A stretch of 64,000 nt of DNA from Asterias rubens (Eukaryota). A model generated the notes under the pieces. It worked only from the letters and a program-made list of their open reading frames with translations. It did not search any database and had not been told where the DNA came from. Location of the stretch: positions 14,508,001-14,572,000 of the forward strand of contig NC_047075.1 of the NCBI RefSeq assembly GCF_902459465.1, read 5' to 3'. Position numbers and translations under genes: made by a program. Shown here in pieces: positions 24,021 through 35,762 of this stretch (positions are counted from its first letter, which is position 1; every line of letters starts with the position of its first letter).

Positions 24021-24669
24021 TAGGGTTTATGTTCCTTAAGAACTTAGCCAGGTTTTGTTAAAAAGTAGGGACGGTCATTAGTTTTAGGGTTACAACACAG
24101 TGTCAGAGTTAATGAGCATTTTTTTTCACTATGGTTGAACGGCCGAGTTCCACCATTTTGCCAGATGGGACGCCATATATATCCCCACCCCCAGGATTCG
24201 GTTGGGATAGTATCCTGCAACCACCCCCCAGGATTTGGTTGTTTCGCCAAAATTCTCCAACCTGTGATTAAGCCATCTTTGACCACCCTTCAGATGTGTG
24301 GGTTTGACCCACAACCAGCAGAAAGACCCTCAGTTCCGTCGATGGAGGAGCCTGCTAAGAAGAGGAGCCTGCTAAGAAGAGGAGCTTGTTAGAGACGGTG
24401 AAGGATCTCCTTGGAGACATCGTTGCTCAGCAGCAACGACAAGGAGAACTGTTGGTAAGACTGCAGATGCAGATGGATGGTCGTCACCGCCAGAGGAGAA
24501 GTTCTGCTTGGTGCAGTAAAGTACCCCGAAGTTGCCAAAGGCAATGTCGAGAGTTTGATGGCCAATCCACACCAACAACAGTTTATTATAGTCCGTCATC
24601 GTTTCAACAGGTAGATTCGACCGCAGCAGTAGAGGAAGCAATCCTGCCAACTCCTCCCCCTGTCGTGAA

Positions 24670-24907
24670 ATCAGCCCAAATTAAAGATGCGGTCATCTCT
24701 AGAGTCGTGGAGTTGAAATCTTCTGTTCAAAAGCAGCCCAGCCCCCATCAGCTGAAACGTGAACCAGAAGCGGTCAAGAGGCTGTTGCACTCTTGGGACA
24801 ACCTCGAAATCAAAGAGGGTACATTGTGCTATCGGCAAGGCAAGGAGGAGCCGGTGATGGAGGTTTTGCCCAAGACGATGATGTGGCCGATTTTACATAG
24901 TATATAG
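24670..24907 (+). pseudogene. Gypsy pol fragment (RNase H-integrase linker)
   Basis: KDAVISRVV...LKREPEAVKRLLHSWDNLEIKEGTLCYR...VLPK..ILHS resembles the segment preceding the H2C2 domain. Confidence 0.65.
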
Positions 24908-25699
24908 GCTTTATTCAACATTAAGGGTTTCCGGGAATTAATACGTATGGCTAGTCTAACTTATTTTTGGCCTTGATTTTGTATCATTGTTTTCTTTGTA
25001 CTAAATTCATTTTTGCTGTTAATTCATTTCAGTTCTATTTGTGTAAATTTAACATTGTTGAGGACAACAATGGATTTAAGTAGTGGCGAGTGTAGTAGGG
25101 GTAGAAAATTCATTGTGTTATTATTCAAGTTAGTTAATTCCAGGTTCTAGTTAATTGCTTTTCCTGTTTATATTGTCCCTTCAGCTGTTTTATTGCACCC
25201 CTGTACATGTAGGTTGTTATTTCTTAGAAGTCTTTTGTTACATGTTGGTAAACAGTTTCCTAATCCTTTGGTAGTGTAGTGACCCATCCTGTGCATTGTA
25301 TGTACATGTAAATAATCAGATAGCAGTCTGGCAGCGCAGGGAGCACATGTGTTCTTAGCTCTCTTCTTAAGTGTGATTTTCTTCATCATTTGCCTGTTTC
25401 AAGTATTTTCTGCTATTTTGGACTCGGTATCCTAAAGCCATTTTGATTTTAATTTGTAACTTTTCTTTGGCACTGTGTTTTAGTTTTAATCGGGTTTAAC
25501 TGTGTTTTAGTTTTAATCGGGTTTAACTGTGTTTTAGTTTTAACTCTGGTTTAACTGTGTTTTGTATTTTAGTTTTGGTTTAGTTGAGTTTTTTAACAGT
25601 TCTTGGTTTAGGTTTCCTTTGTTTAAGTTGAGGTTTCAAACAGAGTAATTTTAAAGTGCGACCAAGCGACGTAATGTAGCAAAACAAATTAACCAACAC

Positions 25700-27690
25700 T
25701 TGCAAGACATAGTAGATCATGATGAACAAATTGTAAATGAAACACTTGTTTTGGCAGTTGCGGGTGCAGAAACAATAGATCGAGAACTTATTGAACGCTC
25801 AGTAGAAAGTGGGACTCCTGGGAGAAGTGATGAAGAGCCATGTTCTGAATCTTATCCTGATTTCTTGATTGTAGATGATATTGATAGTGCTGGGTTTAAT
25901 TATTCTGATAGCAAGTCCGATAGTGATAGTGATGCATCTCGACTTCCCGAATGTGATCCAAACTCGGAACTTCCCAAAGAGCTAAAACATTTGGCCATCA
26001 AACACAACATAACTCACCTTGGCCTTGGTGAACTGTTACCGGTACTGCAGAAATATCACTCCTCATTGCCTAAAGATCCCCGTACTCTGTTGTCAACAGG
26101 TAGATTAGACGGTATCAAAAATATAGATGGAGGACAGTATTACCATTTTGGGATAAGGGCTTGCATTGTTGCGACTTTCATGTGCAATCATTCACAGTTC
26201 TCAGAAATTCCACCTTCAAGTGAATATTGATGGTCTACCAATTTTCTAAAGCAGCAACACACAGCTTTGGCCTATCTTAGGCCAATCTGGTTAATCTACC
26301 TCAGTCCTTAAAAGCTGAGCCATTTGTAATAGGATTGTTTTCAGGATAGGAAAAGCCCAAAAACCCAGAAGAATTCTTGTGTGATTTTGTAGATGACATG
26401 TCAGATATTGAATCTAATGGACTAGAGTACCAGGGACATTTACACAAAGTTTTTGTGTCTGCAATAATATGTGATGCGCCAGCTAGAGCCTATGTCAAGC
26501 AAGTGAAGTCTCATTCTGGTTCTTATGGTTGTGAGAAGTGTACTTTTCGTGGTGTCTACGCCGGAAAAATTACATTTCCGAAACTTAATGCCCCATTACG
26601 CACTGACCTCTCTTTCACTAATAGGTTAGACAATAATCATCACATAGGACCCAACCCATTGAGCCGTCTTTCCAATCTAGGGATGGTTTCAAGATTTCCC
26701 CAAGATTATATTCATCTGGTTTGTCTTGGTGTAACAACACGTCTGCTTAAGTTCTGGATGAAAGGTCCACTGAAATATCGCCTGGGACGACGTAAGAGAT
26801 TGCAGGTCTCTGAAACGCTTGTATCTCTTCGCTCGAACATTCCTCATGAATTTGCTAGGAAACCACGTTCCCTCACTGAATTGGACAGATGGAAAGCCAC
26901 TGAATTCAGATTGTTTTTATTGTACACGGGACCTGTTGTTTTTTAAGGAAGAAATGTATGACAATTTTATGCTGCTGTCTTCTGCAATAAGATTCTTGGT
27001 AAGCCCAACTTTGGAATCATCATGCTGTGATTACGCCTAAGGTTGCTGGTCTGTTTTGTTCAAGATTATGCTCAGTTGTATGGTAAGGAAGAAGTTGCTA
27101 ACAACATTCATAACCTCGTTCACCTCGCAGATGATGCAAACCTGCATGGTCCCCTAGACAGATTTGCAGCTTTTCCGTTCGAAAACTACCTTGGTCAACT
27201 GACGAAAATGGTAAGGAAGCCCAACTGTGTTATTGAACAAGTTATTCGAAGAATATCTGAGAAAGCATCCTGTACCCACCATGATGACACCTCTAGGACT
27301 ACTGGACCAGAAGATTGGTCTCTTAAGCTGGAACACAACAACGGACCTCTTCCTTCTGGTGCATATCTGCCATGTTCCCAATACAGAGATGTTTTTTTGA
27401 ATGGGTGTCTCCTCAGCACGAGAAAGTCTGATAATTGCGTCAAAGCCGGGGATGTACTATTTACCTCATAAGGAACATGTGCATTAGGTGTGCACATCAC
27501 CTGCTCGTGTTTCTTGTCACGCAAACCCTTTTTTCTTTACCCGTCATATTCTTCATTAGTATACATTTTCAAGGTATCCCGTCTAAGTGCAGAATCTGTT
27601 GTTTTAAATGTTGAGTCAGTAACTGGAAAGTATGTTATGATTCCATATGGTGACAAGTATGTGGTTTTCCCTCTTGCGCATGTACAGTAA
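25700..27690 (+). pseudogene. EnSpm/CACTA-type transposase, frameshifted
   Basis: LPKDPRTLL, GGQYYHFGI, IICDAPARAYVK, YGCEKC, DYIHLVCLGV, RKPRSL.ELDRWKATEFRLFLLYTGP, HGPLD.FAAFPFEN across four overlapping ORFs. Confidence 0.88.
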
Positions 27691-27739
27691 TTGTTCTGGT
27701 TCTGTGTAAATGCTCTTCTCTAAGCAGTCATCCTAAACA

Positions 27740-28880
27740 GCCACAGTTCCCTCCTTCAACGCCTCCAAAACACCACGGCCCGCATTGTGACATTGCCTTT
27801 ATTAGGAAAGTTTGTTCTCACCTCAATTCTGCACAAATTCACTGGCTTTCTATCTCTCAACAAATTATCTTCAAGCTGATGCCTTCATGAAATATTTACT
27901 CATGGTGACCCCAGTTAGAAAAAGCTAATAGAACTGATTCTACATGTCAGAGGATATAAGAATCGAAACAACTAATCACGATAAAGAGTCGAAACGACTA
28001 ATGAACACAAAACAAATCACATTTATTTAGAAAAAATAGTAAATTAACGAAAAATATATTATGTGCTTGTATTGGATCTCTCTTTCCATTACACACATGA
28101 TCTTCTTCACCATCCAGTTTTCCTAAAACTGGTTTCAACTTTCAATGTCGTACAAGATACGATCAGCAAACAATAATCCCGAACAGTTTTAATCTGCTAC
28201 TGTGTCGCTTTTCCAATCACCTCTTTTCAAAAAATCTCCTTCACATGGAATTCGTTCTGCTTTTCTTATGTATATAAATTATAACTCTGTCAGTTCGACT
28301 CATCAGTTATCCCACATTCAGTTTATTTTACAACACACAAATTGGAAATCCAATACTTGGTAAACACAGCTGTAATTAACTCTTCACGGAGGAGTTCAAC
28401 ATACTTTTCTTATTTGCTCAAACAATCTTTAACCTCAGATCAACTCATGGATTATTCAGTTTCTTTAAAACGTTCAAAGTGTTAATTCAATACTTTACCT
28501 AATTCTATAACTTTATACACATGAACTTATCATGACGGAGGAGTTCAACTTCGGAACACTGCAAGAGTACGTCTTGCAATGTTCGTCTCACAGTTGGTTT
28601 GTGGCTGACTCGATCAAGGTCAATGCTTCTCCTCATTGACCCCAAGTCTTGACTCTCCTTGGGTTACAGGTCTTTTTCTTCAGCTGCGCCATGCATCTGA
28701 AATTCTCTACCACCAATCTAAGATCTTGTCTTTGTACCATAAAATCTAAATCTCTTCTCAAAACTTATCTTATGTCACAGTTGTTCGGGGACCAATCTTT
28801 TTGTGTCTCTTTTTCTTTCGTTTTGGTTTTGTTTTTTTCTGCACCTTGAACACCCAGCCAGCATTACAAGTCTTTATTAT
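27740..28880 (+). mobile_element. Fragmented old L2-like LINE 3' end
   Basis: LQRLQNTTARIV near 27750; RSFSSAAP..NSLP and KSLLKTYL near 28670-28790; TTATTATTA tail near 28875. Confidence 0.5.
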
Positions 28881-29042
28881 TATTTACATTATTTATAAAT
28901 GAAATGTTTTCACTCAATGGTTTAACCACAGAGTTTCCAAAATGTACTATGAGTGATTGAAGTGTCAGTGGTGAGGTCGAACAACTGAATAAGATTAAAC
29001 AAAAAAACAACACGTTTGTTTTGTCACTTTAAATCAGACATC

Positions 29043-29730
29043 ATGTTTGGTGTAGTAGTTTTTACAGCAAGCGATGAGGTTGAAGTCATTCCAACCAATT
29101 GGATGAACGATAAAAAAGGCACTTTGGCCCCCATGGCGATCTACCTTAGCAGTGTCAAGAGCAGTAAGGGACAAGCTACAGCCGGACATCGAAAACTGGA
29201 CCTCCTACAACATCCGTGTGCTATGTCATTGCCGTAAGTATACACTTTGATACATTTTGTTTACCCAGCAGGCCTGGAATTACACGGAAGCCACGGCCTC
29301 TGTTACCCCTGGTCTTGGCTCCCCCTTTAAAAGTTTTGGATAGACTTAAAGATTTTCCAATGGAAGTGCCCTGTGCAGAATGAAAAAGGTCTTGCCTTCT
29401 CACGGAACGTTTACATGTTGTGATATGTCCAAAGAATCTTGGGATGATTAACTTAAAAAAGAAATATGTAGTATATAACCAAAATTAATTAAACCTACAT
29501 GTAGATGAAAATTTAGGACACATTAATTTTCAGAAACAACATATTTTACTCTTCAACACCACAATATTTTTTATTAAAGCCCCAAAAAGTGATTGTATTT
29601 AATTTTTCATATTTTTCTTCCTATCAGAAACCTATGAGGAAAAAATTAGAAAGGCAAAAAGGGCAGAAGAAACATGAGACCTGCAAACAGTTGCAGAATG
29701 TGGGACTGGACAACTGAAGTCCAGCAGGAA
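29043..29730 (+). pseudogene. First two exons (29043-29233, 29628-29730) of the EnSpm accessory gene (DUF4806-type N-terminus)
   Basis: MFGVVVFTASDEVEVIPTNW then TYEEKIRKAKRAEET.DLQT, with GTAAGT donors and a pyrimidine-rich acceptor; contains a stop and frameshifts. Confidence 0.55.
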
Positions 29731-30179
29731 GTAAGTTGCATACTTCAAAACTTGAAGGATTGTTAAAAATACACGTGCAGTTATTTGTATCTTACGGTCG
29801 TATGCTTATTACACGCATGAAGGATTTGGAATGTGCTTACATGCAAAATCAAAAACTAAACCCATACACCGTATACATATACGTATACAAACCGTATGTT
29901 TATGCAGTGGCGTAGGAGGGGGGGGGGGGGGGCGGCACGTGCCCATTTGCTAGTGTCCCCCCCCCCCCCCGACACAAAATCCTGATAGTATCCTTCCCCC
30001 AAAAAGGTAATAAAAGTGCAGTTAGAAAATTAAACTTTAAACATAAACAAGTTGAAAAGTTGAATGGGCTGAACAGTCGACACACTTAAAGACGCCCACT
30101 CGTCACATTGCCTGACGACTATTACTGTGACACAAAACGATCACGTATCCGTACATAGTTTACTTACAACGCGTGCACA

Positions 30180-30678
30180 GGTCAAAGGTGATCTTTCAAC
30201 GTGTGTGCGTCTTTGACTTATGATGTTCTGTTGACAAACATCTAAACCTTTTGTACTCAAACATTTGCTTAAAATTGTTGGGATGTTGAAAACCTTAACA
30301 TAGTGATAATTATAAACACGTTATTGTTATTACGCGCTGTAAACATGTCAAAGCATTTATATGCTAAACACCTTAACACAATTTAAACGCTATGTAAACA
30401 CTATGTACGTTACAAAATTAAACATCTTAAATGCCGATAAACATGTATAAGTGTTTACTTATTAAACAGCGACTGTTTTTTAATAAACGCACCATGTATT
30501 TAAATTAAAAACATGTTGAGAGAATAAACTTGTGGAGTTAAACACGTGTCCTTGTTCAATTTAAACGTGTCCATGTTGTAAATGGCATTTAATTTAAAAA
30601 CGCGTCCAAACGTTTAAAAAGTGTTACGTTTTGGTGTTTATTCATGTGTTTAGATCATAAACATTAGGTTTTACAGTG
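30180..30678. mobile_element. Right end of the EnSpm element (CACTG terminus plus subterminal repeats)
   Basis: Ends GGTTTTACAGTG (reverse complement CACTGTAAAACC) followed by TA; many TAAACAC/AAACATG short repeats upstream. Left terminus not found. Confidence 0.65.
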
Positions 30679-32338
30679 TAGGCCAGAGATACGAAGTGCC
30701 TCGGCCGTATTCATGGGGCTAATTTAATATATTTTCTTTGTGAAACTAATTTATCAGGTTGAAACTTACGTTAATACTAGGCCTGACAACAAATTTTCAA
30801 AGTTTGTGATAGGGCCTTAAAACAGGTACCATTTGATAGATCTTAATGAGTGCTTTAAAAAAATGTGCATGTTCATTGGATTTCGAATAGCCGTTTTTGA
30901 GTTATGGTCCAGGAAACAGTGCCAAATAATGGTTATTTTTGGACAAAAATCGTGATTTTAGTACAAAGTGATAAATAACGACTTTTCTGACACTGTATAA
31001 TCCAAATTATGGCAATTTATAGTTTCAAAAGTACTTTTAAACAATCCAGTAAGGATGTACATGCAATTTTTAGAGGAAAATGCTGGCCAGAAATCCCATT
31101 TTTTTTAAGGTAGAATTTTCAAATTGCTCCATTGTCCAGTTACGTACAAAAATCTACAATCCAGAACTCAAATTATTAGCGATTTTCTGAAATGATGCCA
31201 TTTTACTGGACAATCACTTCAAAAAGTAATGCATCCTTTCTTCTTTTTTTCAGAAAAATGGAAAGATTCCAGTTAGTTTGTCACCTATACAAAATTACAC
31301 AGTCACTGGTTATATATTCTGTGAGATATGGGACCACAAAATTATACTTTTGTGCGAAATTGTCAATATTTGGGTAAAATTATGCAAATTTTACCTAATT
31401 AATATGCAAAAATGCCATAACATGAAAGGCGAATGAGATACAGGCATGAAATTTGGATGATTTTTTCCTTTGATGATTTGAAAAACTCCACACTACTAAT
31501 TGTTTTAAACTGGCTCATATTGTACTAATTATGTATGCAAATGCATGCAAACTACACAAAAATGCTTCATTAATATTCAAAACTGTCATCATTCGAAGGG
31601 ACAATCGTTTTAAACCAAATAAATTTGGTAGTTCAGTTCCTCTGGATGCTTGCAAGACTTCAATTTTCTTTCTATTGATCGTTTTATGTTGGTATTAATT
31701 GAAGCATTCTTGTCAACCAATGAGATGGCGATTTGGAGACTAGATTGAACAGCAAGCCCTTCTTCCAAGATGAGATGTAACAGGTATGCGGCGATGGCAT
31801 ACGTAACTGGTCCCTTAATTGGGAACGGTGAAGTGTAATCTGCAGTTAAAAACAAACATCATCAAACAAAGCTATCATTTATAAAAAAAATATTGAATAA
31901 TAAATATAAAAATTGCATTAAAATACAGTCAATCAGACTATGTTGTATAATATATGAACAATAGAATTTCAGCAAATTAAATTCAGTAATGAAATGAATA
32001 GGCCTATAGAAGGACTTGTTAAATAAATGGGAACAAAATAAATTAGGCCTTTGGAGTTAGTTAATTAATTGAATGAAATAGATGAATTATTAATGATGAA
32101 ACAAAAACAATGATGAAACCAAATTATCAATAATTATCAAATTGAAAAATAAACTTCAGCTACAAATCAATAAATTAATCATTACCTTAAACAAAAATTA
32201 ACATGCAACTTTTACTTTTTACCTAGGCCTTCTTGATCATGCAATTCTGTTAATCAACATTTGTAAAAACAAAAACAATTCAAAAGGACACATGAAAAGA
32301 CATAATTGAAACGAGTTATTGAGTTAAAAAATCAAAAC

Positions 32339-32370
<32 letters not shown>

Positions 32371-32406
32371 CAGTTCTTATATAGCGCATAATACAAAATA
32401 AAGTCT

Positions 32407-35400
32407 CTAAGCGCTTCTGTGATTGAAGAGATGGGTTTTAAGTTGTGATTTAAATTGTTCTAGTGTGGCACAGTCTTTGAGATTGTTGGGAAGAGAGTTC
32501 CATAGTTTAGGTGAAGCATATTGGAAGGAACGTTGACCGTAGAACTTCGTGTGAACTGGAGCTGCTATGAGAAGACCTTTTGAACTGGAACGAAGTGTTC
32601 GCGGAGGGTGGTAGTGCTGAATTAAATCCTGGAGATAGTCTGGTGCTGATCCGTTTTTGCATTTGTAGGTGAGTGTTAGGAGTTTGAAAACTATCCGTGA
32701 TTTAACTGGTAGCCAGTGGAGATTGCGAAGGATCGGAGTGATGGGTTCAAGTGATCGGGTTCTAGTGATGAGTCTGGCTGCAGAATTTTGAACGCGTTGG
32801 AGTTTATGAAGTTGACATTCTGGTAATCCGTATAAGAGGCTGTTATTATTGTCAATGCGACTCATCACAAATGCATGAATCAATTTTTCCGTTATCGATT
32901 GGTCAAGATATTGTCTGATTTTTCCGATTTTGTGCAAACCAAAAGAAGATGCTCGGCACAAATTACTGACATGCTTTGCCATGGTGAGTTGATCATCGAT
33001 GATGACACCCAGGTCCCGTGCATGTGAAGTTGGCTCAAGAGATGAATCTGCTATGGTGATAGGTTGGAGTGAACTCTTGCTTCTGAATTTGGATGAAAGA
33101 CGGAGAAACTCAGTTTTTTGTTGATTTAACTTTAAGCCATTTCTTGAAGACCACACTTTGATGTCATTTAAGCAAGCTTCAAGTTTTGGTATGATAGTCG
33201 ACTGAGTGTTGTGATTGAGAATGGTGTAAACCTGGGTGTCATCAGCGTACATGGTGTATGACATTCCATGGGACTTGATCACATCTTCCAGGGGTGAGGA
33301 ATAGAGCGTGAATATGGAAGGACCCATTACGGAGCCTTGAGGGACTCCGCGTCGAGGGAACTGGTTTGATGATATCTGATCTCCAATGACTACTGACTGA
33401 CTGCGATTGGTGAAATAAGATTGAAGCCACTTGAGAGCATTGTTGTGAAATCCGAATCTCTGCTCTAGCCGATCAAAAAGAATGTTGTGATTAATAGTGT
33501 CAAATGCTGCTGTGTAGTCTAATAACAGTAAGACTGCTTCCTGACCACTATCCAATGCAAGCAGTAGGTCATTGATGACACGAAGCAGGGCAGTTTCACA
33601 ACTATGATTTTTTCGATACGCTGATTGCATAGTTGCATTTAGGTTGTTTGTTGACAGGTAGTTCTGCATTTGAGAAACTGCCGCACGCTCAACAGTTTTT
33701 GATAAGAACTTCAAGTTGGAGACTGGTCTATAATTCTTGAGATCTTCAGGATCCATCTGAGGTTTCTTTATCAGTGGCTTGATGGTGCACATTTTAAGAT
33801 GTCTGGAAAATGTGCCAAAGCGAAAGACCTGTTGACAATACAACAAATAACTGGTGCAAGTTCATTAGCACATTTTTTGAGAAGACCAGTTGGAATTGGG
33901 TCAAGACTGCTGGTAGATGTCGGAGAATTGGCTATGAGTCGAATGATTTGCAGTGTAGAAACGGGTTCAAATGTCTGAAAGTCGGATTCACATATCTGAA
34001 ATTGAATATGTGAAACATCAGTAGTCGGCTTTTCTTGAATCTCCATAGCTATGCGTTCAATTTTCTCACTAAAGTAATGAGCAAAGCGTTCTGTTAGTGG
34101 TACTTGTGAGGTGTCGGTAGATGGGAGAGTTTTTGCTGGTGATGTTTTGCACAACTTATCCACCTTGTGAAAGAGCTCATGCATACTGCAGTTCTCCAGT
34201 TGAGCAGAGTGGTAGCCGTTTTTAGCCTTATGAATCATTTGATTGTATTGACGACACTTAGCTCTAAATATCTGTCGATCAATCTCAAGTTTCGAGGCTC
34301 GCCATCTACGCTCTAAACATCTCAGTTCCGATTTGAGTTTGTGTAGACTGTCATTATACCAAGGTGCATTTGGGCGACACGTAATTGTTCTAGTGATCAA
34401 GGGGGCGTGTTTGTCGAGGAGATTGCTCAGAACTGACTCATACTGTTCAACTAACTGGTTGAGATCTGTTGATGGAGCTGTGTATAATTCAGAATCAAGA
34501 ATGTCCTGTTGAAATGTATCGATGTCAATTTCACCAACTTTCCGTGTTTTTATGACTACTTTAGTAGGGTCGGGTTTGCGAATGGCAAGCAAACACATGA
34601 TGGCGGCATGGTCTGATGGTAGGATCTGCGTGGTGGAAACATCCGAAACCGAGTGATCAGAAGAACGTGTGAGCAATAAGTCCAGCGTGTGTCCTTGTTG
34701 ATGTGTCGGAACTCTAACATGTTGTTCCAAGCTAAATGAATCAATGAGCTCCAAAAACAACAATGCCTCACGATTAGATTCATTGTCCACATGGAAGTTG
34801 AAATCGCCCACGATCATTAACCGATTCGGCTCTGACACCAGTAGCTCTAAAAGTGTTGAAAAGTCACTCATGAAAGTAGGAAATGTTGGCTGCTTGCTCT
34901 TAGTCAGCTGTGGTCTGTAGACTACTACTAGACGCAAGGGATTTGTCTGATGCGCAGTTATAAACAGGTCCATGTATTCAAATGAGTCCCATGATCTGCA
35001 TTTATTCTCACACACCCGAAAAGTTTTGCGGATGCAAACACCCACACCCCCTCCAGTTCTGCTTCTTCGTGGAATATGGTGAAATGTATGTGTTGGTAAA
35101 GTGTTCAGGAGATCTGCGATTGGAACACTATCACGATCATCACCATACAGCCACGTTTCAGTCAGAGCAAATATGTCTATTTGATTCGAGATAATAAGAT
35201 CGCATATCATCGGGATCTTGGAATTAATTGATCTGGAATTCCACAGAGCAAACTTAGAGTTTAGTGCCCGGACATCATGTCCTTCTTGATCAGAGACATG
35301 AGTATTATTATTATGCTTACATCTCCTTCTGCCACCCTTGCATCCTCTACGTGTTTTTCCTTTCCGATTTATCCCAAGTGAGGTGATAGTGGTCCAAACA

Positions 35401-35762
35401 GTGTTTTCTAAGCGCTGATTGAAGTGTTGAAACTGATAAAGTTGTGATCTATTGTATGATATGCGGCCATCATGTTGGTCAGATATATCTGGAGCACAGT
35501 TAGAAATGGTATGATCTCTGTTTTCAGCAGCAGTAGGTCCTGGGTTAGATTGAATATCCCCTGCCGTTAGTAGTAACTGCACTTGAAATGTGCACAGTGC
35601 ATTGCTGTAGTAAAGCACTTTACCACCCTGGTACTTTACAGGCAGAAGCCGATGGCTTGTCACAATGGATTTCAACAATTGCACTGACAATACATTGTGC
35701 TGTGGTCCAGTGTTGAATAGAAGACAAGCCAGGATGAGTAGAACTTTATGAATAGCTCCCAT
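32407..35762 (-). pseudogene. LINE ORF2 (APE endonuclease plus reverse transcriptase) with one frameshift near 33780
   Basis: LWNSRS, ALTETW, GDFNFH, GHTLDL, SDH; YRPVSNL, QSAYR, LLDYTAAFDTI, GVPQGSVMGP, YADD, LHWLPV. Confidence 0.93.
35535..35570 (-). other. 2A-like (StopGo) peptide motif LLTAGDIQSNPGP
   Basis: Codons 69-76 of the ORF read DIQSNPGP, preceded by LLL; the consensus is D(V/I)ExNPGP. Confidence 0.7.

Larger units (their letters stand above)
23224..25658 (+). mobile_element. Second, heavily deleted Gypsy-like LTR element (5' LTR 23224-23998; 3' LTR 25091-25658, truncated)
   Basis: Direct repeats both starting TGTAGTAGGGG; first ends GTTACA; PBS follows the first LTR; purine-rich AAGTAGTGGCGAG precedes the second LTR; second LTR has a 27-bp x3 expansion at 25472-25552. 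Confidence 0.88.

Noticed and set aside
31610-31855. 81-aa minus-strand ORF as a host exon
   Set aside because: No recognisable motif or convincing splice signals.
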